Source of the DNA: an uncultured Actinomycetota bacterium
GTDB taxonomy: Bacteria > Actinomycetota > Actinomycetes > Propionibacteriales > Propionibacteriaceae
NCBI GenBank assembly: GCA_963845915.1
Contig: CAWJUB010000017.1
Span: 6,838 to 70,837 of the forward strand
Direction of reading: 5' to 3'
Length of the DNA stretch: 64,000 nucleotides
Shown here piece by piece: positions 21,249-31,522 of the stretch (the first letter of the stretch is position 1; every line of letters starts with the position of its first letter). The notes below the pieces were generated by a model, which saw only the letters and a program-made list of their open reading frames with translations, did not search any database and was not told the DNA's origin. The translations under genes were made by a program, and so were the position numbers.

Positions 21249-22325
21249 ATGTCGGCGCGCTGGCTCGTTGTAGTCGTGGCCGCGGTTGCCTTCATCGCGA
21301 CGCCTCTGCTGATTGCCTCACCTCCAGCCACGCCGTCTGAGACTTCTGCCACCGAGCTGGCCGGCCGAATCCAACAATCGGCCAGCGTTGGCTGGTCAGG
21401 GTTTGTGGAAGCCGACGGAACGCTGCAGGTGCCCGACAACGAGTCGTTTGCCACGCTGGCTCAGCTACTCGGAGAGAACACTCAGCTTCGGGTCTGGTGG
21501 CGCAACGCGGCTGATTGGCGCGTCGATCGGATCCGCAGCACTGGCGAGACCGACATGTTCCGGCAAGGCGGCGGCACCGTTCGCTGGGTCTTCGAGTCAG
21601 AAACTGCGACGTATTCCCCGGTCTCCACGATCAGATTGCCCGACGCCTCAGACCTGCTGCCGCCAACCTTCGCGCGGTCGTTGCTGCAGGGCGTACGCGG
21701 CGACGAACTACGCAGCCTGCCTGGGCGAAAAATCGCGGGCATTGCCGCAGCGGGTCTTCGGCTGACCCCAGCTGATGAGGCCACCACGATCTCGCATGTC
21801 GATATCTGGGCTGACCCCGTTAGTGGACTGGCGCTGGAGGTCGAGCTCTACGGGCTCGGCGAGCAACGTGCTGTCCTCACCACATTGCTTCGCGAGCTCA
21901 ACCTCGAAGCACCCTCCGCTGCAATGACGAGGTTCACCCTCGCTGGCGGCGTACGAGTCGTCTACGAGGAATCGGTGGATGTCGCTGCCGCGGCAAACGC
22001 GTTCGCACCCTACGATCTGCCCGCTTCGCTTGCCGGGTTGGGCTCACGCGACGGCGAGGATCCGGGCGCCGTCGGTATCTACGGACGGGGCCCAACGACA
22101 TTGATCGCCTTGCCGCTGCGCGGCCGGGTCGCCAGACCACTGCGGCAACAACTTCAGGATCGCGGCAACGCGCAGCTGACAAACGTCGGCACCTTTGTGC
22201 CGGTCGGTCCGGTCGGGCTGTTGATGACCCCGTACCGGGGACGGGGCGATGCCTTCTTGCTCGCGGGCACTGTGACGGCAGAAACGCTGCAGCGGGCAGC
22301 GGCTGAGTTGCTGGAGCGGCAATGA
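21249..22325 (+). CDS. Membrane-anchored/secreted protein, LolA/RseB-like fold suspected
   Basis: The start is taken at MSARWLVVVVAAVAFIATPLLIA (TM/signal). The pattern ...WSGFVEADGTLQVPD...LRVWWRNAADWRVDRIRSTGETDMF resembles RseB/LolA-like proteins I recall upstream of actinobacterial ABC-2 exporters. It overlaps the ABC ATPase start by 4 bp. Confidence 0.45.
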   Translation: MSARWLVVVVAAVAFIATPLLIASPPATPSETSATELAGRIQQSASVGWSGFVEADGTLQVPDNESFATLAQLLGENTQLRVWWRNAADWRVDRIRSTGETDMFRQGGGTVRWVFESETATYSPVSTIRLPDASDLLPPTFARSLLQGVRGDELRSLPGRKIAGIAAAGLRLTPADEATTISHVDIWADPVSGLALEVELYGLGEQRAVLTTLLRELNLEAPSAAMTRFTLAGGVRVVYEESVDVAAAANAFAPYDLPASLAGLGSRDGEDPGAVGIYGRGPTTLIALPLRGRVARPLRQQLQDRGNAQLTNVGTFVPVGPVGLLMTPYRGRGDAFLLAGTVTAETLQRAAAELLERQ

Positions 22326-23243
22326 CGAGCTCCGCGACGACCAATGGGCACGTCATCAAAACGCGAGCACTGACCAAGCGCTACGGCGAGCTGCGCGCTG
22401 TCGACGGCGTGAACCTGGAAGTCCGGGCCGGGCGACGTGTACGGATTCCTCGGCGCGAACGGTTCGGGCAAAACCACGACCGTGCGCATGCTGCTCGGAC
22501 TGGTGCTCCCGACGTCCGGCGAAGCCGAGGTGCTGGGGATGCGCATGCCGACCGCCCGCCAGAGCGTGCTGCCCCGCATCGGCTCACTCGTGGAGAGCCC
22601 GGCCGCCTACCCGCACCTGTCAGGCACCGCAAATCTCGCATTGCTCGACGCCTCCGGGTCCGACCGCAGCAGACGAGAAGTACGCCGCACCCGGATTGGT
22701 ACAGCGCTGGAGCAGGTTGGCCTCAGCCCTGGTGATCGCCGACCGGTCCGCACCTACTCGCAAGGCATGCGTCAGCGGCTCGGGCTGGCCGCCGCCCTGA
22801 TGCGGCAACCGACGCTACTGATCTTGGACGAGCCGAGCAATGGGCTCGACCCACACGGCATTCAGGAGATTCGGAAACTGTTGCTGGAGCTCAACGCCGA
22901 AGGCACAACGATCTTCCTCTCCAGCCACTTGCTTGCTGAGATCGAGCAGATGTGTACCCATGTTGGCGTGCTCCGCGACGGTCGGCTGATCTTGCAGGAG
23001 GAGCTGGACACCTTGCTGCGACCGACTGGCCTGGTCGCGGTCCGAACCCCGGACATCGACGTGTGCTCGGAGTTGCTGGGCGACGTTGTGGCGTCGGTCG
23101 AGGATGACCGACTGCTCGTACGCGCCGAGAGTCCTGCCCGGCTCAACGCCTACCTGGTCGGCGAGGGAATACGCGTCGACGAGATCGGCCCGTACCGCCG
23201 GACTCTGGAAGAGATCGTTCTCGACGCTGAGGCGCGAGCATGA
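22322..23243 (+). pseudogene. ABC transporter ATP-binding protein, frameshift just before Walker A
   Basis: MTSSATTNGHVIKTRALTKRYGELRAVDGVNLEVRAG is followed in the +1 frame by (D)VYGFLGANGSGKTTT...YSQGMRQRL...LLILDEPSNGLD. There is one extra base in GCC GGG C GAC GTG near 22430. Confidence 0.8.
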
Positions 23244-24052
23244 TCGTCGTCGAGTTGATCAAGATGATCTGCCGGCCCCGTACCTGGCTGATTCTTGCGA
23301 TGTTGGTTGCCCTACCGACCCTGGTCGCGGTTCTGCTAGCCGTTACCGATCTTGGTCCGCGGCCCGGCACCGGTCCGCCCTTCCTATCCGCCGTCCTCAA
23401 TGACGGCACACTCTTCCCACTGGCCGCGCTTGGTGTCGTGCTGCCTTTGCTGCTCCCGATCGCCGTGGCCGTCCTCGGTGGTGACGCCATCGCCGGAGAA
23501 AGTCAGACGGGAACGCTGCGCTACCTGCTCGTCCGGCCGGTCGGTCGCACCCACCTGCTGCTCGCGAAACTCGCCACCGTCGTGGCGTTCGTACTCCTCG
23601 CCGTATTCGTCGTCGCCGCGGTGAGCTACGCCGAGGGCCGTCTGTTGTTCGGCAAGGCCCCGGCTACCGGCACCGTAAGCCTGAGTGGCTCGACGCTCAC
23701 CCAGCAGGAGCTCGGCTGGCGAACCGCATTGGCGCTTGGTTACGTGATCATCTCCATGCTCGGCGTCGCGGCGATCGCCTTGTTCTTCTCAACCTTGACA
23801 ACGTCCGCAATCGGCGCGGCTCTCGGCACGATCGGCGTCCTGGTCGCCTCAACCGTGTTGCTCGGGCTGGACGCGGCCGACGCGTTGCATCCCTTCCTGC
23901 CGACCCGTTATTGGCTGGCCTTCGTCGATCTGTTCCGAGACCCGATTCTGTGGCGAGACGTGGTGCGTGGGCTGGTGGTTCAGCTGGGATACCTGACTGT
24001 TTTCACGCTGGCTGCCTGGGCAAACTTCGGCACGAAAGACATCGATAGCTAA
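23240..24052 (+). CDS. ABC-2-type transporter permease
   Basis: 270 aa with about 6 TM helices. It has a 4-bp overlap with the ATPase gene. Confidence 0.7.
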   Translation: MIVVELIKMICRPRTWLILAMLVALPTLVAVLLAVTDLGPRPGTGPPFLSAVLNDGTLFPLAALGVVLPLLLPIAVAVLGGDAIAGESQTGTLRYLLVRPVGRTHLLLAKLATVVAFVLLAVFVVAAVSYAEGRLLFGKAPATGTVSLSGSTLTQQELGWRTALALGYVIISMLGVAAIALFFSTLTTSAIGAALGTIGVLVASTVLLGLDAADALHPFLPTRYWLAFVDLFRDPILWRDVVRGLVVQLGYLTVFTLAAWANFGTKDIDS

Positions 24053-24055
24053 AGA

Positions 24056-24844
24056 TCAGCAAGCGATACCGCTCGGTCCTTGGGGCGTCTCGATACCGAG
24101 CACAGAGCCAAGCGCTGCCACTACGACAGGGCTGCTGGGAAGGTCGCCGTGCGCGGTCGTCGAGCCTGGGCAAGCGTCCTGGACGACGATGTTGAGGGCA
24201 CCCGACAAGGCAGCGGAATCGACAGGCGTCACCACTTGATCGCTAGTCGAGCGAACGGTTGCCCAAAGCGGGCCGTCCGGAGTCTCATCGCCGGCGTTCA
24301 GCCGGCGCAGCAAGTCGCTGTCGGGAACCAATTGCTCGCAGGCCGCAGGGCACCCGCCAGCGAATTCGGCTCCGAGAGCTGCCTGACTCGATCCATGGTG
24401 TGGTGAGCCGAGCGTCAGGACGCGCCGCGCGAGCTTGGCGCCGCCGTCGTCTCGTACCCATATCCGGGCAACGACCCCGCCGGCTGAGTATCCAATGACG
24501 TCAACCGAGGCTGCGCCAGCATCCTCGCGTACTCGAGCAGCGACTTGCCCGAGATGTTCGGCTTGCACCCGAAGATCACCGGTGCCATCCCCGACCGGCT
24601 CCACGATCACCGCCGTGCGGCCAGCTGAGCGCAATGCGGTAGCCAGCGGCTGGAGAGATTGGCCATTGCCGCCGTATCCCGGCACCAGGAGTACTGGGCC
24701 GGGCTCTGATTGTGGAACAGGATCAGCGGACTTGCCGGCGCTGCGCAGCACGGCAATCACCGCCATAGTCATGATCAACAGCAGCACCACGGCTGAGGCG
24801 CCAAGTACCAGACGTCGTCGTTGCGGGGAGAGTGCGTCGAACAT
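24056..24844 (-). CDS. Membrane-anchored alpha/beta hydrolase (lipase class 2 / PGAP1-like)
   Basis: 262 aa with an N-terminal TM helix, VLLVPGYGGNG, and the GYSAGG nucleophile elbow. Confidence 0.7.
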   Translation of the reverse strand: MFDALSPQRRRLVLGASAVVLLLIMTMAVIAVLRSAGKSADPVPQSEPGPVLLVPGYGGNGQSLQPLATALRSAGRTAVIVEPVGDGTGDLRVQAEHLGQVAARVREDAGAASVDVIGYSAGGVVARIWVRDDGGAKLARRVLTLGSPHHGSSQAALGAEFAGGCPAACEQLVPDSDLLRRLNAGDETPDGPLWATVRSTSDQVVTPVDSAALSGALNIVVQDACPGSTTAHGDLPSSPVVVAALGSVLGIETPQGPSGIAC

Positions 24845-26069
24845 CAGTTCGGCCTGACCTGCAGTTGCACGACAACACCCGCGTGGTCTGACGGCCAGAG
24901 CCCGGTAGCCGGGTCTCGATCCTGCAGCTCGTTCCCGGTGAGTTCCGCTCGGCTGGCCGTGATCTCTACCGGCGGCGCGGGTCTGGCCAACACGAGGTCA
25001 ATGCGCCGAGTGAAATCCGGGGTCTTGTCGTTGACGAGCTCGTCTAAGGTCGCCGTGCTGCCTGGGTCCGCACGGCCCGGCTGATGCACCCAGAGATCGG
25101 CAAATCCGTCGTCCTTGGTGAGCAGTCGGTATGCGCCGCCGGATCCGATCGGCAGCGACGTACGCGCGGCCGGACTGGCCGGGTTCGAATTGCAATCACA
25201 GACAATCACCGTCGACACACCTGGAGTTACCTCCAGGCCCGTTGAGCAGTTCGTCAGCTTGGGCTCGGGCCAGTTTGGCGCTGTGTGACTCCAAGTGTGT
25301 GGTGATGAACCGGATGGGGCTCGATCCAACGGTGATATCAGCCCAGGCGTACCCCCGAATGAAGGGAAAGGTCACGTCCCCAAGCTCGACCTTGAACTGC
25401 GTCGTGTAGTGGCCGCCGCCGCGGCCCTCGATGCGGATTCCGGAGTCAGCTCGAAACAAGATCACGTCGCGATCGGTCAGCCGTACATCCTCGGCCGCCC
25501 CGGCGGCCCCGGACAAGGGGTTGCCGGTGAAGGCCGGCGCCTCCACATCCGACTCCTGCTGCGCCGACGCAACCTCATACGGCGTCCCGCGGCTGGCCAG
25601 ATCGCTGAGCAAGATCGCCAGGAAGTCATAGTCGACATCCGTCGCGTTGAGTTGCCCGATCTTGTCCAGCTGCATTGGTCCATGGCGCCACAGCGCAACC
25701 TCCTGCAGACCGACCAGATCCGGCCGTGCCGCTGCGATCTCAGCGGCGAGCAACCGGCTTCGAGTCCTGAAGTCGGTGCGGTCCACGATCTCTCGTAGCT
25801 CATGGTTTGCATGGCCTAGAGCGAGCACACCCTCAGCACCCGTTCGGTCGTACGCCGCACGTATCGGGCGGTCAATGTTCCCGCCCAGATAGAGATTGCG
25901 AGTCATGACCGTCAACGTTTGACCGCTGCTCGCCGCGGAATCGCCTTCGAGCGGATTTGCTCCTCAGAGTGCCGAGGTTGATCAGAGCCGCCGCGCAGAT
26001 GATCGTAAGGGCGAGTGCTATCCAAAGCCCCGTAGTGGTCCTGCCTCGGCGACGCGCCACACCATCCAT
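24844..26069 (-). pseudogene. Endonuclease/exonuclease/phosphatase (EEP) family protein, 1-2 frameshifts
   Basis: ...VMTRNLYLGGN...LVGLQEVALW...FITTHLESHSAKLARAQADELLNGPGG continues in another frame as TPGVSTVIVCDCNSNP...WPSDHAGVVVQL (break near 25230). A probable TM N-terminus (MDGVARRRGRTTTGLWIALALTIICAAALINLG) lies in a third frame (break near 25962), which is less certain. Confidence 0.6.
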
Positions 26070-26086
26070 TCTCTGCAGCGGATTAC

Positions 26087-26677
26087 TCAATGCCTGGCGC
26101 TGGTGGACCCAAGCGCCTCCAGCTCATTCTCGACGGCGGCCGTGACCCGAGCGGTTTCTCCGGTGGCGAGCAGGTCAAGCAATGCCCCGCGCAGCATCGC
26201 AAGAATTCTGGTGCGTTGCTGGGCAGCTGCCGCTGTGGAGCGGAAATGCTCCGGCTGATGCTCCTGGAGAACCTGCAACCAGTCGCGCACGGTCGATTCT
26301 GCGAAACCTCCCCAAGGACCCTGCGGCGTCGTCAGCGATCGACCGTAGGCCTCCACCCAGAGGTAAAGGAGATCTCGATGCCGGGCATCTGACAACCACT
26401 GCCAGAGCCACGAAGCGGCTTCCGCAAGATCATCATGTCCCTGCTGGGCGACGGTCTGGAGCATCGCTAGCTCAGCTTCGCGAGCACGGGCCAGCAATTC
26501 GCGGACGAGGCCGTCCTTGGAACCGAACAAGAACAGCAATACTCGCGGACTTGAGCCAATGGCCTCAGCCAACGGCCGCAATGACATGTCGATCAAGCCG
26601 TGTTGCAACACGTATCGATAAGACCTCTCCAGCAATTCCTTTTTACGGGGTGATGGGGATCTGCCGCCGTCGACCAC
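26087..26677 (-). CDS. TetR-family transcriptional regulator
   Basis: 196 aa. The N-terminal HTH reads KKELLERSYRYVLQHGLIDMSLRPLAEAIGSSPRVLLFLFGSKDGLVRELL. Confidence 0.8.
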   Translation of the reverse strand: MVDGGRSPSPRKKELLERSYRYVLQHGLIDMSLRPLAEAIGSSPRVLLFLFGSKDGLVRELLARAREAELAMLQTVAQQGHDDLAEAASWLWQWLSDARHRDLLYLWVEAYGRSLTTPQGPWGGFAESTVRDWLQVLQEHQPEHFRSTAAAAQQRTRILAMLRGALLDLLATGETARVTAAVENELEALGSTSARH

Positions 26678-26690
26678 GGCACCATTCTGC

Positions 26691-26751
26691 CTGAAACGAC
26701 TGTGTCAGTAGCGCAGCACCGGCTAGGCTCTACTGAAACAGTTGTGTCAGT
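26691..26751. promoter_or_regulatory. Two direct copies of a 19-bp motif between divergent tetR and GNAT genes (candidate operators)
   Basis: CTGAAACGACTGTGTCAGT (26691-26709) and CTGAAACAGTTGTGTCAGT (26733-26751) share 16 of 19 positions and lie 42 bp apart. Each has ACTGA...TCAGT-type dyad symmetry. Confidence 0.4.
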
Positions 26752-26771
26752 GGGCTGAGGGAGCAAAAGGC

Positions 26772-27287
26772 GTGCTGGAGTCCGAGCGACCATCGGTCGT
26801 CATCAGGCAGGCAGATAGACCCGGCGATCTCGGATGGGTGGTGATGGCGCATGGCGAGCAGTACGCCGCAGAGTTCGGCTGGAACACCGAATTCGAAGCG
26901 CTAGTTGCTCGCATCGTCGCCGACTTCGCTGCTGATCATGACCCCAGCCGCGAGCGAGCCTGGCTTGCCGAGATGGACGGGCATCGGGTCGGTTGCGTGT
27001 TCTGCGTACGCAAGGACAACGAGACGGCCCAGCTCCGTATCCTGCTGGTCACCAGCGACGGCCGTGGCCACGGACTAGGCCGCCGCTTGGTCGCCGAGTG
27101 CATCGACTTCGCGCGCGCCGCCGGATACCGCCGACTGGTGCTGTGGACCAATGGTCCGCTTGCTGCCGCCCGTCATCTCTACCTTGCGGCCGGCTTCACG
27201 CTCGTCGACGAAGCGCCGCACCACAGCTTCGGCATCGACCTCATCGGTCAGAACTATCAGCTCGATTTGGTCGGAGGCGGGAGCTAG
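26772..27287 (+). CDS. GNAT-family N-acetyltransferase
   Basis: The acetyl-CoA-binding pattern is RILLVTSDGRGHGLGRRLVAECIDFARAAGYRRLVLWT. The GTG at 26772 is preferred over the track start at 26742, which overlaps the operator-like repeat. Confidence 0.75.
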   Translation: MLESERPSVVIRQADRPGDLGWVVMAHGEQYAAEFGWNTEFEALVARIVADFAADHDPSRERAWLAEMDGHRVGCVFCVRKDNETAQLRILLVTSDGRGHGLGRRLVAECIDFARAAGYRRLVLWTNGPLAAARHLYLAAGFTLVDEAPHHSFGIDLIGQNYQLDLVGGGS

Positions 27288-27376
27288 ACCAGCACAACTC
27301 GCGAGCGGCTGACCACCATTGTCGGCACGCTCGGGGCGTGACCAAGGGCGATGTTTTGCGGGCGGCAGACTGCCGG

Positions 27377-27590
27377 TCAGAACCAGGACGGGCCATGCGG
27401 CGTGTACGGCTCTTCGAGTGAGGTGATCTCGTCGTCGGTGAGGTGGATGTCCAGTGCGGCGATCGCCTCCGGCAGGTGATGGGGCTTGGTCGCTCCGACG
27501 ATCGGTGCAGAGACGATGGGATTCTTCAGAACCGTTGCCCTTACACCGAATCCGAGGGTTATCGATCGGAGTTCACCGTTCACGCTGGTG
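27377..27590 (-). pseudogene. Aldo/keto reductase, 3'-terminal remnant only
   Basis: Only the last ~65 codons look AKR-like (...VLKNPIVSAPIVGATKPHHLPEAIAALDIHLTDDEITSLEEPYTPHG). The upstream part of the track ORF has no AKR features and overlaps the S9 peptidase start region. Confidence 0.6.
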
Positions 27591-27694
27591 TAGGAATCAG
27601 GATCGGGGTTATCAGAGCCGGCCGGATCTCCGAAAGTTGCCCGCCTGCCGGCGCTTGCCAAGGCCATGAACATCGAACTGGTAGGACAGAACGA

Positions 27695-29967
27695 ATGAGC
27701 ACCGCTCAGGACTACCAAGCCGCGGAGCAAACTCCTCCGCCGCCCAGCCCGCCCTGGCGAGCTCATCATCGGCGACAAGGTCAGGCCGCATTGGATCGAC
27801 GGAGGTGCCCGTTTCTGGTACGCGGTGAGCAATGGCGCCGGCAGGCGGTTCATGCTGGCCGACCCGGCGGCGGGCACCCGCGAGCCAGCCTTCGACCACA
27901 GCCGGCTCGCCGCCGCGCTCGCCGCGGCCTCCGGACAAGAGGTCGACGAGGCGTTACCGTTCATGGCCATCGAGCTGGCGCGGAACGCCGTGGAGTTCGA
28001 CGCGTTCGGCGAGCATTGGCGCTGCCGCCTGGACAGCTACGCCTGCGAGCGGGCCGAGTTCACGCCGCCGGGCAATCCGCTGGAAGTGCCATCACCCGAC
28101 AAGAGGGCCGCGGTGTCGCGCCGGGGGCACGACCTGTGGGCGCGCTCGCTGTCCGACGGCCGCGAGTGGGCACTGACCACCGACGGCGAGCCCGACTACC
28201 AGTACGGCTCTGGCCCGGACTCCACAAGCAACGGCACCCTGCTGCGCAAGTTCGGTCTGCCGTATCTGCCGCCCGCGGTGGCCTGGTCGCCCGACTCTAC
28301 GAAGGTGCTGGCACATCGGACCGATGAGCGTGGCGTCCGGCAGACCCACCTCCTGGAGGCCAGACCAGCCGACGGTGGCGCGCCCCTCCTGCGCACCCAG
28401 CGATACGCCTACCCGGGGGACGAGCAGGTGCCCCACGCCGAGTTGGTCGTCCTTAACGTGCAGGCGGGCACCATGGTCCGTGCACAGGCCGAGCCCCTGC
28501 TCAGGCCGCAGTTCTCGCCGATCATGATCAGATGGGCTTGGTGGGCGGAGGACAGCTCGGCGGTGTACTACCTCAGCCAGCCCCGCGACCTGCACACGCT
28601 CACCCTGCACCGGCTGGACCCGGCGACCGGCGAGGTCACCACCGTGCTCAGCGAGACCGGGGCGACCCGCGTGGAGCCCAACCAGTGGATGACCGAGCCG
28701 CCGATCGTGCGGGTGCTGGCCGACGAGGTGCTGTGGTACTCGCAGCGGGACGGCTGGGGCCACCTGTACCGGTACGACCTGCGCACCGGCGCGCTGCTCG
28801 GGCAGGTCACCTACGGGGAATGGGCGGTGCGGCAGATCCTGTGCGTCGACGAGGCTGAGCGGGTGGTGTACTTCACCGCCTCCGGACTGGTTGACGAGGA
28901 TCCCTACCGGCGTACGGTGTGCCGGGTCGGTTTGGATGGTCGGCTTCGACAAGATCACAGACGATGAGCTGGACCACATCGTCACCATGCCGGACAACCA
29001 GGAGTACTTCATCGACTCCGCGTCCACTGTCGACACCCCGCCAGTGACAACGGTTCGCGACTGGACCGGGCGGGTGCTGCTCGAGCTGGAGCACGCCGAC
29101 ATCACCAAGCTCACCGCCACCGGCTGGACACCGCCGGAACGGTTTCGCGTCAAGGCGGCCGACGGGATGACGGACATCTACGGGGTGCTGTACCGGCCGC
29201 GAGGGTTCGACCGCGGGCAGCGCTACCCGGTTGTGGACACCGTCTACCCCGGCCCGCAGGTCGACCGGGTCGCCCCGTGCTTCGACCCCGGCGGGATGGG
29301 CCTTGACGCGGAACCCATCGCGGCGCTGGGCTTCGTGGTGGTGGCGGTCGATGGGCGAGGCACCCCAGGCCGGAGCAAGTCCTTCCACGACGCCTCGTAC
29401 GGCCACTTGGCCGACGCGGGCTGCCTGGCCGACCATGTCGCGGCGCTGCGGCAGCTGGCCCAGACCAGGCCCTGGATGGACCTGGACCGGGTGGGCGCGT
29501 TCGGCCACTCCGGAGGCGGGTTCGCCACGGTGCGGGCGATGCTCGACTTTCCCGAGACGTACAAGGTCGGAGTCGCCCTCTCCGGCTCGCACGACGCCCG
29601 CTACTTCAACCTGGGCTTCGTGGAGGCCTACGACGGCGCGGACAACCCCGAAGCCTGGGCCCGTGCCTCCAACGTGGACATCGCGGACCGGCTGGCGGGC
29701 AAGCTGTTGCTCATCCACGGCGAAATGGACGATCAAGTCCACCCGGACCACACGCTACGGCTGGCCGACCGGTTTATCGCCGCCGACAAGGACTTCGAGC
29801 TGCTCATCGTGCCCGGGGCCGAGCACACCTTCATCGACTGCCTGGCCTACGTCCGCAAGCGCTGCTGGGACTTCCTGGTGCGCGAGCTGATGGGCACCCA
29901 GCCACCTGCCTACCGCCCCGCCCCTATCGCCATCGACCCCGAGTTGCTCGGCGAGCTGTTCGGCTGA
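27695..29967 (+). pseudogene. S9-family serine peptidase (DPP-IV-type propeller plus prolyl-oligopeptidase catalytic domain), at least 2 frameshifts
   Basis: MSTAQDYQAAEQ (ATG 27695) shifts near 27728 to LLRRPARPGELIIGDKVRPHWIDGGARFWY.... It shifts again near 28941 (..VGLDG / GFDKITDDEL..). The catalytic GHSGGG and IHGEMDDQVHPDH are present. GC is visibly higher than in the flanks. Confidence 0.75.
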
Positions 29968-30035
29968 GCGCGACACCACAGACGAGGACTAGGAACCTCG
30001 ATCCCCACCAGCGATCACGGCCAGCGGGAATCCAT

Positions 30036-30109
30036 TGGAGCGGATGACGGGAATCGAACCCGCACTGTCAGCTTGGGAAGCTGATGTTCTGCCATTGAAC
30101 TACATCCGC
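30036..30109 (-). tRNA. tRNA-Gly (anticodon CCC)
   Basis: The reverse complement is GCGGATG-TA-GTTC-AATGGCA-GAAC-A-TCAGC-TTCCCAA-GCTGA-CAGT-GCGGG-TTCGATT-CCCGT-CATCCGC-T-CCA. This gives a full cloverleaf of 74 nt including an encoded CCA. Confidence 0.9.
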
Positions 30110-30547
30110 CTGACTAGGCGTTTTACTCTTCGATACGTACCCTCGTACCCCACTCGGATGACTTAAGGACTTTCGGAGCAACCTGCGTAAGGGTAGCGCA
30201 GGCTCACGCGATGGAGGGCAACCCTGGAAGGCGCCTCAGTGCGCGGTGGCCGGGCATGTGTGTCGTGGAGCCCAGTGATATGTGGATTGGTCGGCTCAGT
30301 ACCTCATCTCGCGGGAACCACGCCGGTTCGAGTGCACGATCTGCACCGCGGTCGCCCCACTCCCGGTCTCCAGCGTCCGCACATAGGCCACCCCGACAGG
30401 CTAAAGATGCCCAAGCCCCCCGGATCAGCTAGGCCTGCATGCAAACTTCGTCGGTCACGGTTACCGAGCCTTTCCGAGTGCGTGAAGATCTACGGCATTC
30501 TGGTCGCAACGTGCGGGGCAAGCCGAGCAGTACAAGCGGCTGTTTGG

Positions 30548-31102
30548 TCAGTACTGATCCGGCAGCGACGGCCAGCGTTCAGACGCCCACTGCGACCAGG
30601 ACGTATGCTCTGGCGGGACCGGTGGGATCTCGGCACCTCGCAGTTCCTCGTCGTCCGGCGCTTGGAACTGCACCTGCCACAGCTTCAGTTCGGTGTCGCT
30701 CATCTGGAACTGACCCGGCTCGGTCTCGTATCGACTGATGATGCGTCTGCGCTGCTCCTCGTAGTCAATCGGCAGGTAGACGACCTGGGCGCGGACGCCC
30801 AGCGTGTCCGCTATCCAACGGAGCGCTGAGCGTTCATCCTTGCCCCACAGGCCGAAGTCGAAGACGACGTTGGTGCCCAACTTGGCAACCCGCATCCCGA
30901 CCTCCACGAGTTTGCCTTCGATCCGGTCACGCTGGCCAGCACGGTCTTTCGACCGCCAGCGCGTCGGATTGTCGCCACGGAAGATCGCGAACTGCCAGTC
31001 GTCGGGGGTCAGCCGAAGGGCGGACTCGCTGATCTCCAACTCCTTGGCTCGCGCGGTCTTCCCCGCTCCGGGCAGCCCGACGATCAAATAGATGGTCATC
31101 AC
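30548..31102 (-). CDS. P-loop NTPase/kinase (AAA_33 / zeta-toxin-like fold)
   Basis: 184 aa with Walker A at the N-terminus (IYLIVGLPGAGKTARAKEL). It is flanked by ~440-bp non-coding stretches on both sides and looks lower in GC. Confidence 0.6.
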   Translation of the reverse strand: MMTIYLIVGLPGAGKTARAKELEISESALRLTPDDWQFAIFRGDNPTRWRSKDRAGQRDRIEGKLVEVGMRVAKLGTNVVFDFGLWGKDERSALRWIADTLGVRAQVVYLPIDYEEQRRRIISRYETEPGQFQMSDTELKLWQVQFQAPDDEELRGAEIPPVPPEHTSWSQWASERWPSLPDQY

Positions 31103-31522
31103 CGGTTGACGCTAATCCTCATGCCCAGCAGGGAAGATCTCGGCGGCCGGGTTATAGCAAGCGTCAGCGGGGCGCCGCCCCGCGGGAAAGCCACCAACAG
31201 CTCCGACACCCACCCGCTCCCACACTCGGACGATCAGGGATCACGCACGGACGCCAACGCGGGGTGTGCCGCAAGCCGATTCGCCTGCGGATCGGGGCAC
31301 GCCACGACGTCAAGCGAAGGATCGGGTTAAGTTAGTGCACAACCACCAAGACAACACCCCTAGCCAGGAGCAACTTCACGCACCGACCCCGAAAAGTGGC
31401 ACAGGTCAGGTTGTGGACAATCGACTTACTTGTCCACGACAACGACCGAGACCTTGGCAGATAGCCCATCGGGATCCGACTGGAGGATGCAGTTGTTGAA
31501 CTTGGCAGAACGCCCCTGGTGC

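Noticed and set aside
30180-30300. Possible small RNA (SRP/4.5S-like) because of the GGAAGG and GGTAGCG strings.
   Set aside because: The conserved GGAA tetraloop context and a symmetric-loop partner strand could not be formed on either strand.
30318-30345. A tRNA-like T-arm sequence (CCGGTTCGAGTGCACG) near tRNA-Gly, considered as a possible second tRNA or an att duplicate.
   Set aside because: I could fold no acceptor, D or anticodon arms around it. It does not match the 3' end of the adjacent tRNA-Gly.
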